From: Gracilinanus agilis | Lineage: Eukaryota | Assembly: GCF_016433145.1 (NCBI RefSeq) | Contig: NC_058130.1 | Coordinates: 53,610,355-53,674,354 of the forward strand | Direction: 5' to 3' | DNA length: 64,000 bases | In this document: positions 11,368 to 24,364 of the stretch, in pieces | Position numbering within the stretch: the stretch's first letter is position 1 | How the letters are laid out: every line of letters begins with the position of its first letter | Notes under the pieces: generated by a model | Told to the model about the DNA's origin: nothing | The model's input: the letters and a program-made list of their open reading frames with translations, nothing else | The model's database searches: none | Program-made: the position numbers and the translations under genes

Positions 11368-12393
11368 CCCTGCCATGGATGGAGGAAAGTGTTTAGATAT
11401 CAATGGGATATCAATATCCAGTTTGACATGATCTTTTATTTTCATCATAATAAATATGAGCCTAGTCTTTGAAGCCCCATATTTCAGGTTCTCCCTGGTT
11501 ACTGTCCATTCAGTCAGACAATATATAATACACCCAGGCACAAGTGACATCCCTTGAATACTAGAACAGGGATCAAGATAAGTGACTTTTGCAAAGCTTT
11601 TATAAGTAAAGGGGTCATTTGGCTATTGTGAGGAAAAAGGGAGTAAGAAGACCCTCTGGCTTTTGAAGTAGGCTATGTCTAGGCCTAGATCCAAGGGAGG
11701 GAGTAGACCTGAGAGAACTGAGAGAGCAGCCAGTATTTCAAGGAGGAAGTTCCTAGGCTGAGGAGCAGAAAGAATTCCAAGCCACTGGGAGTTAAGGCAT
11801 TCTCATGAACAGAAGCCCTGCTCTATGTAAGTAGCTAGAGTATCATGATTTTTGTTTCATGCATAATTGAAGACTTTGCAGTGGTGATGTGGCATCTACT
11901 AATCCCCTGGAAACAGAAGGCTGCCCAGCCTGGTGCCCCCTCAGATTTGATAGCTCTGTATTATATGCTTAGGAAAGCATTATCTCCAGGGAGGAAAGGA
12001 AAACAAGGGAAGGTCATTCATCTGAAGCAGAGCCACCATGTGTCCTTGATCTGGATTCAATGCCTCTCTATGGAGAAGTGAAGCAACCTGTTCTTTTGTA
12101 ATCCCTTTGCTGATACTAGATCATTTGTGCCAGTCAGATACCCAAGCATAGGATAACTTCTTGGACAGCTTTCCATTCAATCATCTACACTGGCCCTGTT
12201 TCTACCCTTCCTCAGCCAACTCATAAATCTGTAGGGAAGAAGATCTCTTAAGTTTTGGAAGATTCCTCATGGCCCCTTCCCTCTTCTGTTTTCTCTGCCT
12301 AACTCCTTCTGTTTTAGGTTCAGGTTGGGTGTCACCCAATGAAGGAGAGCCTTCTCTCATCTTCCCAGGTCATGGAGAGCTCTCCCTCTATGT

Positions 12394-12594
12394 CAGTGGT
12401 TCCCAAACTTTTTTGGCCTACCGCCCCCTTTCCAGAAAAAATATTACTTAGTGACACCTGGAAATTATGAAACTATTTATTGAACTCAGAATAGAATGTA
12501 ATACAAAAAAAGTTAAAACCTGTGGCCATCACTGCTCCCCTGGATCGCTGCAGCACCCACCAGGGGGTGGTGGCGCCCACTTTGGGAATCACTG
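12394..12594 (+). mobile_element. hAT MITE (copy 1, interior type A)
   Basis: TIRs cagtggttcccaaa...tttgggaatcactg; perfect 8-bp TSD CTCTATGT. Confidence 0.9.
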
Positions 12595-12609
12595 CTCTAT
12601 GTCATATGT

Positions 12610-12802
12610 CAGTGATTCCCAAAGTGGGTGCCACCGCCCCCTGGTGGGTACTGCAGTGATCCAGGAGAGAGGTGATGGCCACAGGTGCATTTGGGGGCAG
12701 TGAATAACTGTAAGGGGGCAGTGATAGTATGTGACAGGGGCCACTAAGTAATATTTTTTTCTGGAGAGGGGGCAGTAGGCCAAAAAAGTTTGGGAACCAC
12801 TG
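12610..12802 (-). mobile_element. hAT MITE (copy 2, interior type B), inverted relative to copy 1
   Basis: Same TIRs and terminal segments as copy 1 but a different interior; TSD not clean. Confidence 0.85.
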
Positions 12803-12817
12803 GTCTATTATCTAAGG

Positions 12818-13236
12818 CAGAGGTGCCAAAGATGTGACCAGTGAACCAATACTTTAGGTTGCAGAACCAGATTAAAATATATGGGAAATATTTAATAAAG
12901 TAAATAAAAATACAATAAAAGAGTTAACACTAAATTTAAAAATGAAGTCAATATGCTGCTTGCAGGAATTGATGGAGCACTAATGGACCATTCATCTATG
13001 GATTAGTGGCCCCATTTCTATTTGAGTTCTTTCCCTTTAAAAAAAAAACTCTTACGTTCTGTCTTAGTATTGATTCTAAAACAGAAGAGTGGCAAAGGCT
13101 AGGCAATTGGGGTTAGGTGACTTGCCCAGGGTCACACAGCTAGGAAGTTCCTGAGGCCGGGTCCTCTTGACTCCAGGTCTCAAACTCTGTCTGCTGTGCC
13201 ACCTAGCTACCCCTCTATTTGAGTTTGACACCACTG
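12818..13236. mobile_element. Second hAT-family element containing a nested SINE
   Basis: cagaggtgccaaa...tttgacaccactg ends; 8-bp TSD ATCTAAGG. Reverse SINE at about 13029-13213 with 12-bp TSD TCTATTTGAGTT. Confidence 0.8.
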
Positions 13237-14057
13237 ATCTAAGGCACTGCTGCTTTAATCACCTATGGAGCCTGGCATAATACCTATGTGGAGAGAATGA
13301 ACATTTTGTCTTTTCAACCAGAATGTAAAAGTCTTTCAAACATTTATTAAATACCTATTGAGTATAAGACACTAGGGATACAGAGACAAATTAAATAGTC
13401 CCTAACTTTAAGGAAATAATAGACGGTACATAATGCCTACTGACTGGTTGTATTAGGAGACTACAACACAACATCATGATTGTTATCAACAACTTAGCTT
13501 GTGCTTTAAGATTTGTAAAACACTTTATATATGTTATGATATTAACTACCTATGAGGTTTTGTTCAGTTGTTTCAGTCACATCTGACTCTTCGTGATCTG
13601 TTGGGAGCCATTGAGACTCCTCTTTTGACCCCTTTTATGATCCACACATTTAGGGTTTTCTTGGCAGTTACTGGAGTGATTTGCCATTTCCTTCTTCAGC
13701 TCATTTCACAGATGAGAAAGCTGAGGCCAACAGGGTGAAGTGACTTGCCCAGGTTCACAAAGATAGTTCCTGAGACCAAATTTGAACTCAGGAGAATGAG
13801 TCTTCTTGACTCTAAGCATAGTATTCTACCTACTTCCACTCATCTAGCTAATCAGAGACAGCTATTAACCCATTTTATGGATATGAAAACTGAAACAAAG
13901 ATTAAGTGGCTTTTCCAAAACATTTCCATGATCACATTTTTAGGATCTAAAGCAGTATTTGAAGTCTGGTCTTCCTGATTCCTAGTCCAGCACTCTTTTC
14001 ACTGCACCCCTTAGCTACCTACAAGTATACAGATAAGGAAATGCAAGTAGTATTAGG

Positions 14058-15021
14058 TGTTAAGGGGGTAATTTGTGGAAAGGTATTTGGGATAAGGGAA
14101 TTGAAAGGAGGATGTTGGAGACTTGGTAAGTGGATAAATTAGGCTTCAGGTAGGCTGGGATTAAAGGAAATTCAAGGTATAATAGGACTGAAGTCAGGAG
14201 TATAACACAGAAGGGAAACAGAGATCTTCTTAGGAGAAAGAAGTTAAACTAAACAGGCTAACACAGCAGGCTTACAGACTGGGACTTAGATTCAAACACA
14301 AGCTGAGGGAAATAGACTAGACTGAAATTAACAAACAGGCTTTTGTTAATTTCGCAGGAAGGGACCTATTTTGAAGTAACACCTTCCTTCAAGATGGATG
14401 CCCAGCTTCCCTCTAAACCCAGAGTATGTTTTCTCTTTCCCTCTTCTTCCCTCTTGTTAGCTAACAGACAAATTACACTAAATAGGACTATTGAAACACA
14501 AAGGATTTATTTATTTGAAGGATGTTGTTAGGAAGGTGGATTAAAGGAAAGCCCTATCAGTTATCTCAGGAACCTCAGGTGGGGGAAGGGAAGGGAAGAT
14601 GGAATCTGAGTAAGGACCTGCCTTACTCAGTTTTACAAAATCTATCTAAAGGGAATAAATGATGATTTGATTAAATTATAAATAATGCTGTCAATTAGAT
14701 AACTCTTCACAGATTTAACTCCTCTCAAATTTCTCTCCTTATAAACTCCACAGCCACTAAGGTAAGGGAGGGAAGGCAGGGTGGTATTAGGAAAGGAAGA
14801 TATAAAGGGTCTACCTAAAATAATAATTTCTTAAGTAAATATATCAATGCTAGGCTAAATTTCAATATTGAAGCTAGATAATCTAAGAGCTCGCTCATTG
14901 ACTTCCTCCCTTCACGGAAGATCCAGTCAACTGCCTCTCTCAAGATTCTAAAACCTCTAACAGCTTTTTGGAACTCAGCCAAAGCTAGAAAAAACTATAT
15001 CCCCCAATTCTGTATACTACA
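14058..15021. mobile_element. Solo LTR (4-bp TSD, ERV1-like)
   Basis: TG...CA termini (tgttaag...tactaca) flanked by TAGG on both sides. Confidence 0.7.
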
Positions 15022-15635
15022 TAGGTAGCAGTTAAGTGGTGCAGGGGATAGATCATTGGGCCTGGAAGAAAGAAGACTTCCTCTTCCTGAGTTCAAATGC
15101 AGTCTCAGACACTTACTAGCTGTATGACCCTGGGTAAGTCACCTAACCCTGTTTGCCTCAGTTTCCTCATCTATACAATGAGTTGGAGAAGGAAACAGCA
15201 AACCACTCCAGTAACTTTGCCAAGAAAACTCCAAATGGGGTCAGGAAGAGTTGGACAGGACTGAAAAATAACTGAATAATAATCAGGAGGGACAGTGATT
15301 AGACTAGAAAGAAGCTGGGAAAGACCTCATATAGCAGGTACTTCCCAAGCTGAACCTTAAAAGAAGCAAAAGATTCAAGGAGGTGGTTGTAAGAAAGACA
15401 TGTATTGCACCTGTGCCAAGGCAGGAGCTGCGATGGCATGTTCACAGAACAACTAGGCAGCCGGATTTTGCTGGTCAGCTAGGTCAGAGTCCGTGTTTTA
15501 TTTTTGTATCTCAACATCTAGAATAGTACTCTGTTCATGTTAGTTGTGCAAATACTTGTTGAGCTAAAAAGAGCAGAGTTTTTGAAGTAGATAATGTGCC
15601 CAGGAAGCTGAGGTACCTTCCCCAGAGATACTCAC

Positions 15636-15823
15636 TTCATGATGCGCTTGGCCCCATAGCAGTGCAGGTCATAGGATAATGTATAGTTTCCGTACAGCGT
15701 TGCTTTCACATTCAGGCAGCCAATGAAGTCATCTGGTCTTGCTTTGTATAAATCGAAGGTCACAGAGGCCACATCTACCCTCTTAGATGGCTTTTGAGAG
15801 AGTGAGAGCTGATATCCAGATCC
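15636..15823 (-). CDS. CIDEC: CIDEC coding exon 4
   Basis: 188 nt; GSGYQLSLSQKPSKRVDVASVTFDLYKARPDDFIGCLNVKATLYGNYTLSYDLHCYGAKRIM(K); AG acceptor and GTGAG donor. Confidence 0.95.
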
Positions 15824-15956
15824 CTAAAATGAGCATTACAGATCATGGGTATTTTCCTGATTATTAGAATGTGTATAAGAGCAGTTAGTGGATAGCTTCT
15901 ATCACCACTAGAGTCTTTTCTTCATTTTCCCATTGTATCCCCTCAGTTGGGTTTAC

Positions 15957-16112
15957 CTGGTTGGATGCTGGTCGCCATTTCTGCCCTTTCTGTAGGACCA
16001 TGAAAACTGTGTCTTCATTTAGTGTCTGGAAATACTCTTCTGTTTCTATGATAGTACCATCTTCTTCCAGAACTAGGGAGAAGGTGTCTGCCACTAACAG
16101 AGCTTCTTGTAT
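15957..16112 (-). CDS. CIDEC: CIDEC coding exon 3 (CIDE-N domain, second half)
   Basis: 156 nt; IQEALLVADTFSLVLEEDGTIIETEEYFQTLNEDTVFMVLQKGQKWRPASNQ; LEEDGT CIDE-N signature; GTAAAC donor. Confidence 0.95.
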
Positions 16113-16214
16113 CTAGGGAAAGAGACACATAACTATGACCAGACTTTTCTCCTCTTCTTTATCCTTTCTTCCCTTCCCATCCTCAACAAAAGTCAAGAGA
16201 TCAACTACTCTAGG

Positions 16215-16640
16215 ATTCAATTTCCCCCCATTTTTATTGTCATGCAAAACACATTTCTTTATTGGTTATTGCTTTAAGAGCAAAGTCATACATAACAAAA
16301 ACCCCAAGTAAAAATATAAATACACTGATGTGAAAGATTACTCTCACAGTTCTTTCTTTGGAGGTGGAGAACATTCCTTGTCATGTCTTTCCGGATTGTC
16401 CCAGATCATGGCACTGCTGAGAGTAGTCAAGTTTTCACAAATACTCATCATCCTATATTGCTGTTATTGTGTACAATGTTCTCCCATTTCTGCTCATTTC
16501 CCTCTGTATCAGTTCCCACAGGTTTTTCCAGTTTTTTTTCCTGAAATCAACTTGCTTACCATTTTTTATAGCACCATAGTATTCCATCACCAACATGTAC
16601 CACAATTTCTTCAACCATTCCCCAAGTGATGGGCATCCCC
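16215..16640 (-). mobile_element. L1 3' end fragment
   Basis: ORF 16453-16644 (GCPSLGEWLKKLWYMLVMEYYGAIKN) is typical of the L1 ORF2 C-terminus. Confidence 0.8.
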
Positions 16641-18582
16641 TCAATTTTCAATTCTCTGGATTCAATTTAACATAAGTGCCAAGTGCTGAGGGTTCTAAAG
16701 ATGAAAAGTAGCACTCCTTAAATGGTCTCTAAGACCTTTCCCAGCTCTAAAGCTTTCTGTTAGCTAGGTGACTCAGTGGTTAGAGCACTGGGCCCAGAAT
16801 CAGGAAGATCCACATTCAAATTCAGCCTCCAACACTTACTAGATATGTCCCTATGGGCAAGTCAAATAGGCACAGTTTGCCTCAGTTTCCTCCTTTGTAA
16901 AGTGGAGATAATAATAGTAACACCTGCTGTTTCTCAAGGTTACTATTACTCTTTTTAAATTTAATCTTTATTTTATTCCAGTAACAAATTTATACACAAA
17001 TTTTCCAAGGTTACGTGACTCATGTTGTCTCCTTCCCCTCTTCCCTCCTCTCTCCCCGAGTCTCAGGGTTATTATGAGGATCAAATGAGATAAATATGTA
17101 TAAAGCACTTAGCTTGACAGAGGTTAAGCACTATGTAAATGATAACTTGTCATCACCTATGAACTATATATTTAGTTTCTAGAAAAAAAGCAAAATAAGC
17201 CATTGTGAGCTAGCATAATATGAGACATGAAAGTAGTATGCCATAGAAAAAGTATTAAAACTATTACATCATAGAAACAATATTGGCCATAATATAGTTT
17301 ATTGGCTAAGGTTTCAAAGAATCATACTTAAAGCCTTTCCCCCAGCCCCCCAGATAATATTTTAGGAATTTGAAATCCTACCTAACTTTTAAGACAATTT
17401 GGTAGCTCAGACAGGAGGGCTATGTAACTTCACTAGGACATACTTTCTATATCTTCTGATGCTATTTAAAAAAAATACAATTGCATAAAATTGGAGTTTA
17501 TGAATTAAACTTCTTACATTTTGCTTGTTGGCATTTTGTTTAAAGAAGTTATATATGTTTAGTTGCTGCCAAAAAAGGGTTGGGGTGGGGGAGAAACAGT
17601 GTCTGCCTTTTAGTCTATGGGAGAGTTTCCTTCACCTCCACTTTGTGGTAGTTTCTTGTAACATTTTAATGCCAGTCTATTGGAAGGATTTAGTATGTCC
17701 ACAGACAGGAGTCTAGTCGATATGGCAGTCCTTTCACATATTAAGGATCTTAAATAGCTCTGACTGCTATGTATTTGAACTAAAGAGATGAGCTAACCCA
17801 GCCCCTTCATCTTCTAAAAGAATAAAGGGAGGGAGAGGAATAGATTATCTGAGGTCAATAGAGCAAGTTAAATGGTAGAAAAGGGATTGAACCAACTTGA
17901 AGTTGAAGTGCTCTTAATGTCTTAAATGTTTTGAGTCTGGCCACTTGGGACTCAAGTACTTGAACAAAGTTACCAGATTCAATGGTGTAGACAAAGTTTC
18001 TTTCACTAGGAAGCGAATCATTATCTGAATTCTACTTTTTTTATCTTTAACAATGTTGCCAGAATTTCCTTTTCAAGTGGGGAATGTGCTTGGTGTTCAT
18101 GCAGAAATAACCAGAGACAACCCTGGAATTAATGATGATGGCAATTTTGAAAAACATGAGACAGGATAGAAAGTAGCATAAAAAGAAAGAAATCTACCTT
18201 ATTTTCTGTTCCAGAATTCACACTGGCTCTACCAGCAACATTTAAGAGAGTTACTAAGGAAAAACTTTCAGAATTCAAAATTCAGAAGCTACACCTTGAC
18301 TATCTCTGGCTCACTGCTGGACATGTTCATGACTTTAAAACAAAAAGACCCTTACCTTCTGTCTTAGAATCCATATTAAGTATCATTTCCAAGGTAGAAG
18401 AATGCTTAAGGGCTAGGGAATTGAGAATAAGTGACTTATCCAGGGTCACAAAGCTAGGAAGTATCTGAAGGCAAAATTGAACCCAGGACCTCCTATCCCC
18501 AGACCTGGCTCTCTATCCACTGAGTCACCTAACTGCCTCTCAGACACATTCTAGATGTGTGCCCTGGGAAATTAATTTAATT

Positions 18583-18785
18583 CAGTGGTTCTCAAACTTT
18601 TTTGGCCTCCCACCCCCTTTCCAGAAAAAAAATTATTACTTAGCCCCCTGGAAATTAAAAATTAAATCTTTTAAAATTTTAATAGCAATTAATAGGAAAG
18701 ATAAATGCACCTGTGGCCATCATTGCTCCACTAGATGGCTACAGCACCCACCAGGGGACAGTGGCGCCTACTTTGGGAATCATTG
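18583..18785 (+). mobile_element. hAT MITE (copy 3, interior type C) inserted in a CORE-SINE
   Basis: TIRs present; perfect 8-bp TSD ATTTAATT. Confidence 0.88.
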
Positions 18786-20026
18786 ATTTAATTGTTATCT
18801 GCCTTGAGTTTTATCATCTGTAAAATGGGGATAATAATAGCATCTAACTCCCAGGATTCTTATGAGAACAAAATGAGAATAGATCAAGTACTTTGCAAAC
18901 CATAAAGTTTTATGTAAATTTTTATTATTATCCAAGATGTATCAGGAGCTTCTGCCTTCTTAAGCAGAGTATATTGAGTAGGATCTGAATTGATCTTATG
19001 TAATTGATCCTGTCAGAACCAAGGCATTATGTGTAGATCTCTTTTCCCTATACCAAGTGGTTCAAACTTGGATTGTTTTTTTGTTTTTTCACAATCTTAT
19101 CAGACATGGAAAAAGAAAACCAGGTAGTCAGTCATCACTTTACAAGATGAGATGGGGTTAAAAAGTCACTTCCTTCTTTTGGTCTCAGATTTCTCTACTA
19201 TGAAGTAAAGAATTTGGCCTAGATAATCTCTAAGGTTGCTTTCCAGCTTTATGCTGACAGTCCTTTTCTAATAAGGATAATCAGACTTTAGTTCTCTCCA
19301 CTCCTGGAGTTTCTATTCTTTTATAAGATAGATATTAAGTGAAAATTAAGCCAGGATGAAAAGGAGCAGAGGATCATGATGTAACCAAGTTTTTCATAAA
19401 GTACCATTCTTTTGGGAAGTTAAAGTATGCTTCCTCTTTAGTCCTGGCTAATTGGCTAGACACTTCCCCTTAAGGATAAAGCCACAGAGTTTGAAGAGAC
19501 TTTGAATGTAAACCAATTTTATTCCCATTTTACAGATAAGGACACGGAAAGGACATAGAGCTTGATTTACTTAGCCAGAGTCATGAATAATGATCATAAC
19601 AAAGCCAGGACCAGAACTTGTCTGCTGATTCTTAGTCTAAAATAATCTTAATATTTATTTCATGTCATTTCCTTTCACTCCAAGTACTCCAAATGTTAGT
19701 AATATATACAGAGTTTGAGACACTGTGCCCAAATTATTCGATGTTATTATTGACAAATTTCAAGACTGTCCAACCTAACTAGCTTTTTAAGCATCAAAAG
19801 CGAGAATTCTTCACATGGAATCTAAGATTTTTTTTTTTTAGTATTCTGATAACTATTTCAATATACCTGATTTCCTTTATAATCTCATATATTTATACAT
19901 TTAAGAAAATTATTCTGAGGAGTCCATAGACTTCACTAAACTGCCAAAGGGGTCTATGACACACACACACATATTAAGAACCCCTGATCTAAAAGGGGAT
20001 CACCAAGGCTCCTCTTCACACTAAAC

Positions 20027-20220
20027 CAGTAATTCCCAAAGTGGGCGCTACCACCCCCTGGTGGGTGCTGCAGCAATCCAGGGGAGTAATGATGGCCACA
20101 GGTACATTTATCTTTCCTATTAATTGCTATTAAAATTTTTAAAAATTTAATTTCCAGGAGGCTAAGTAATATTTTTTTCTGGAAAGGGGGCAGTAGGCCA
20201 AAAAACTTTGGGAACCACTG
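20027..20220 (-). mobile_element. hAT MITE (copy 4, interior type C)
   Basis: TIRs present; perfect 8-bp TSD CACTAAAC. Confidence 0.9.
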
Positions 20221-20645
20221 CACTAAACTTTGACCAAAAGGACTCTCTCTTTCTGTGGTTGTGGAAGGGACTTGGCCATCTATTAGCAATAGCATGCCTA
20301 AGAAAACTATGGAAAATTCTATGGAATAGAACTAAAAGTCAGGAGCCTAGGTTCCAGACCCACCTCTGTTACTAATTCCATTCAAATATTTAAGCATGTA
20401 CTATGTTAAAGGTAGTGAATCTAATAAAGATAAGAATAGTCCCTCCATGACATATCCACTAATGTAAGAAAATATGCATATGACAATAATGGGGGGGGAG
20501 ACAAAATTAGCACAGAAATAATGATGATTAAGTCTAATTCTAGAGAAGAGTTGAAAAATGTACCCCTCTTCTTTGGAGACTAAGGAGAGGGTATTATGTG
20601 GACAGAATATTGTATATATTGATTTTATTTAACAAAGCCTCTCAC

Positions 20646-20796
20646 CTTGTGGTTGAGGTCCAAGAGACTATCAGCCATGATCCCCTTCCGAATGCTCCGA
20701 TCAGCATTGCTGACACGGTAGGGACGGGCTTTGGTCACGGAATTGGTTTCAGCCAATAGTTGCTGTGTCACCACCGAGGAACTTACTGCAACCCAA
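20646..20796 (-). CDS. CIDEC: CIDEC coding exon 2 (CIDE-N domain, first half)
   Basis: 151 nt; (S)WVAVSSSVVTQQLLAETNSVTKARPYRVSNADRSIRKGIMADSLLDLNHK; GTGAG donor. Confidence 0.95.
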
Positions 20797-21094
20797 CTGG
20801 AAAGCCAGACAGGACAGTAAGGATGAATCCTCTCTCTCTACAAATCCCAACTTTTCCATTTACCTTCTCCCACCTTCTAACTGCCTTCTCCCTCTTCCCA
20901 ACCATATGAACCTTCCCTTTCTTCTAAAGTCTATTCAAGTCTTATTTCCAGAAGATTTCCATGGTGAACTACATCTTGCTTAGATCAGAAGATAAATAAC
21001 CTTCTGGAAAGCAAGATCTACTTACTCTCTGCCCACTTGGAGGCATATAGCTCAGGGAACTGATTTGATAGACTTGAATACGGGCAAACCTCAC

Positions 21095-21147
21095 CTGGAA
21101 AGAGACTTGGGAGAAAGAAGGCTGAGGGACTTCATTGCATATTCCAT
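21095..21147 (-). CDS. CIDEC: CIDEC coding exon 1 (alpha start). The physical exon begins at the acceptor at 21172
   Basis: ATG at 21147 gives MEYAMKSLSLLSPKSLS + AG|GTGAGG. The five exons sum to 726 nt = 241 aa + stop. Confidence 0.95.
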
Positions 21148-21490
21148 CCTGGTCAGCTGTACTGGTTGAGACCTATACAGTAAACAAGAACCAGTCACTC
21201 AAAGCCAGTCACACTTCTCTTCTTTTTGACACCCTCTCCCCAGCAGAGGAAGCTCTAGGACTTGTTTTCCTCACTAGACTACAGCAACAAAACCAATGAG
21301 AAGCACTTTGCTACCACCCAGACCCCTCCTCCACCTTCTCTACACCCAACTTTTATATCCTTATAACCTAATATAGACATCTGGTTTGAGAGTTCCACTC
21401 CCTGGTCCCAACTAGGCTTGGTTCAATCCTTCCTCAGTAGAGGGCCTTAGGTCTAGTCCATTTCTGGCCATCAATCCCTCAGACACTCAC

Positions 21491-21495
21491 TCCAT
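21491..21495 (-). CDS. CIDEC: Candidate CIDEC/FSP27-beta first exon, coding ATGGA
   Basis: ATGGA|GTGAGT spliced to the acceptor at 21172 gives in-frame MESQPVQLTR-MEYAMK, a 10-aa extension. Confidence 0.7.
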
Positions 21496-22859
21496 GTCTG
21501 TCTGTCCCCCTGCTCTGTTCAAACTGCCCGGGGAAACCAGGAATTACAGCTAAAGAGGCCCAAGATGACTGAACTCTGTTCCAGGGGGCAGAGTCCACAG
21601 CCACCTAAGCACTTACATAAGAGCTTGGGAGTCAGGGAGTTGAGGGAGGCCCCACTCCCCCACAGACTTTTCTCTGGCTATCAAAAAACACTGTACTCAA
21701 GGAGCTTATTGCAATCTTATTTCCTTTATTTATGTCCTATTGAGGGAATCTATCCACACCCCAAATTGTCCTATAGCCAGTGATAGAAGAGAATCCAAAG
21801 CTTTTTACTTTGTAAACAAGTTCTTAAAAAAAACCTCTAGATCAACCTAGGAGCTGTATTCTTTCTCTTACTCTCTCTAACTCAACACCATACCCATTCC
21901 CCTACCTAGGAATTGTTTTCCCCCTCAGCAAAACATCCTTCAGACAACTAGCCCCAATAACTAGGACCCTTCCCACTCCCTGACATCACAAGAGCCTCAC
22001 CAACTTTCCACCTTTACAACATTCCCCACTAAAATCACCCTCTCTTCTGCCCTCCCCTTATTGGGAGCAGTCTCTCTCCTTCTCATGCCTCACTAAAGGC
22101 CATTTCTAGGGCATCATTTGCCTGCTTGTCCTCCTGATCCAATAGGTGACCAGAAGCAGTCTTAAATTCAGCTTCCTTTCTCCCCATCCCTTCAATTTAT
22201 TTCTGTCTCACAATAGAGCCTCTCTTCCTGGGTTGTCAACTCCAGCCTGGGGAAAAGGTATGTAAGAAGCCATGTCTTGAGTTGACCCTCCTAATTTGTG
22301 ACCTCCAGTTGTCTTTGCTCACAGAAACAGACTCTTTTTGTAGAAGGAAAGTGTGGAGAGGTAGAAGGAAGAGAAGAACTCAGATCAAGGTTGAGAGCTT
22401 CACTTCTTACCCTTTTCTCCAAAGATCTGAGAAATCTACTAGACTAATGCAAGAATTATCTCCAGGGCACCAGGCTGGCCATTCATTCAAGAGATATTTA
22501 TTGTACATCTACTATGGATACACCAAAGTGTTAGTACAGGGGGTGTGAAGATATATCCCACATGTACACAAATGACAGTCATGCAAGGAAGTAGCTGATA
22601 AGTGCCATATGGGAGCAATTTAAAAAAATAACCTCAACCCATATTTTGCTTCTATTTTCTCTAGCGAGGAGAATGATTTGGAGATTAGAAAAGATAGAAT
22701 AGAAATGGCTAATGGGGAGTTCAAAATTATAAGTAGAGAGATAATAAGAATACCTAGCTGCCTTCAAAGAATTCCAGATGTTGGGCTCAAATAAACTAGA
22801 TCCTAAGTACAGAAAGAATTGTTTCTTTATCTAAAAGATAGTTTTGGAGCTGTCATGAA

Positions 22860-23790
22860 TGTGTGTTAGATTATTGAAGCATTAGAGAAACACAAATGTC
22901 CCAATTTTCAGAAAAGTACACAGTAGAGTCTGAAGAATATAGATTTTTAAATCATAGGCTGGTAGAATTCTAGCATGGCTGACTGAAGGTACATAAGTAT
23001 CAAGAAAGGGATATGGTGATCTGATGGTTTCACTTTATTTTTTTTAAAAAGTTCATATCAGACTAACTTAAAAAAAAAAAAACAACAAACACCTTAAAAC
23101 CCTCACTTTCTATCTTAGAATCAATATTAAGTATCAGTTCTAAGGCAGAAGAGTGGTAAGGGCTAGGCAATGGGAGTTAAGTGACTTGCCCAGGATTATA
23201 CAGTTAGGATGTAGCTGAGGTCATATTTGAACCCAGGACCTCCTGTCTCTATACCTGAGTAGAGCTCTCAGGTTTCAATATACTGAGTCACCTAATTGCC
23301 CTCAGACTAATCAGCTTTGGATAGGGCTATTTGACTGGTAGTTCATAGCAGTACTATATTAAGAATTTAGTTAGATATTAAAATAGTATTTGACAAAGTC
23401 TCTTATGTTGCCCATTAGACAAAATGGAGAGTTTTATGAGCTAGGCAAGCCAGTACAATTAGAAGGATTCTGAAATGGTTGAGTGACCTCACCCAAAGAG
23501 TAGTCATTAATAGTTCCATGTCAACTTAGAGGGAGTTTTCTGGTGAGGTGTTCCAAGGACCTGTCCTTGGAGTTGTACTATTTTAATCTTTTTATCAATG
23601 ATTGGGATGAAGTCATAGATGGCATGCATATCAAATGTGCAGATGACTCAGAGCTGGGAGGGATATAGCTAACAAGCTTGATGGTAGTTAGGATTGAAAA
23701 AGATCTCAACAGCCTAAAAGATTGGACCAAATACAATAAGATGAAATGTAAAGGCCTTCATCTAAATTAAAAAATTAATTTCAAAAGTAA
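22860..23790 (+). mobile_element. L3/CR1 LINE reverse-transcriptase remnant, interrupted by a SINE at about 23090-23305
   Basis: Degenerate FDKVS...QRVVINSSMST...V(P)QGPVLG...LFIND...IKCADD(T)ELGG motifs typical of CR1-clade RT. Confidence 0.75.
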
Positions 23791-23849
23791 GAGAGGTATA
23801 GATAGATAATAGTTCTTGTGAAAGAGATTCAAAGATTAAAAGGAAAAAG

Positions 23850-24120
23850 TTGTTATGGAACAAAAATAGGAACACTCAGAGGATTTGATGAGACAAATAA
23901 AAACCAGGAGCAAATTTAAAAATGTGAGCCCAGTGTTTGATAAACCATAAGCATAAATTACTAGGGGAAGGACTTCCTATTTGATAGGAACTACTGGGAA
24001 AACTGGAAAGCTATTTGGCAGAAAATAAGTTTATACCTGCAACTTATACTATAACACAATAAACTCAAATAAATATTTGACCAAAATTGAAAACATCACA
24101 CCATATAAACATCAAAGATT
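23850..24120 (+). mobile_element. L1 ORF2 fragment
   Basis: gtgtttgataaacc...ctatttgatag..actgggaaaactggaaagctatttggcagaaa resembles L1 ORF2 (LFDKNCWENWKAIWQK). Confidence 0.65.
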
Positions 24121-24130
24121 GAGGCACCTA

Positions 24131-24330
24131 GGGGGCAGCTGGGTAGCTCAGTGGATTGAGAGCCAGGCCTAGAGACAGGAGGTCCTAGGTTCAAATCCGG
24201 CCTCAGACACTTCCCAGCTGTGTGACCCTGGGCAAGTCACTTGACCCCCATTGCCTACCCTTACCACTCTTCCACCTATAAGTCAATACACAGAAGTTAA
24301 GGGTTTAAAATTTAAAAAAAAAAAAAAAAA
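24131..24330 (+). mobile_element. Young SINE1_Mdo-like SINE
   Basis: Near-consensus body, long poly-A, aaagattgaggc flanking duplication. Confidence 0.85.
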
Positions 24331-24364
24331 GATTGAGGCGCCGGTCACTATTCTGACTAGAGGA

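Noticed and set aside
21270-21360. TATAAAAG (minus, 21357-21350) plus a GTGAGG donor at 21274 as the CIDEC alpha first exon
   Set aside because: The donor is weak (A at -1) and there is no other support. Several equally plausible donors exist at 21616 and 22000-22410, so the non-coding alpha exon could not be placed.
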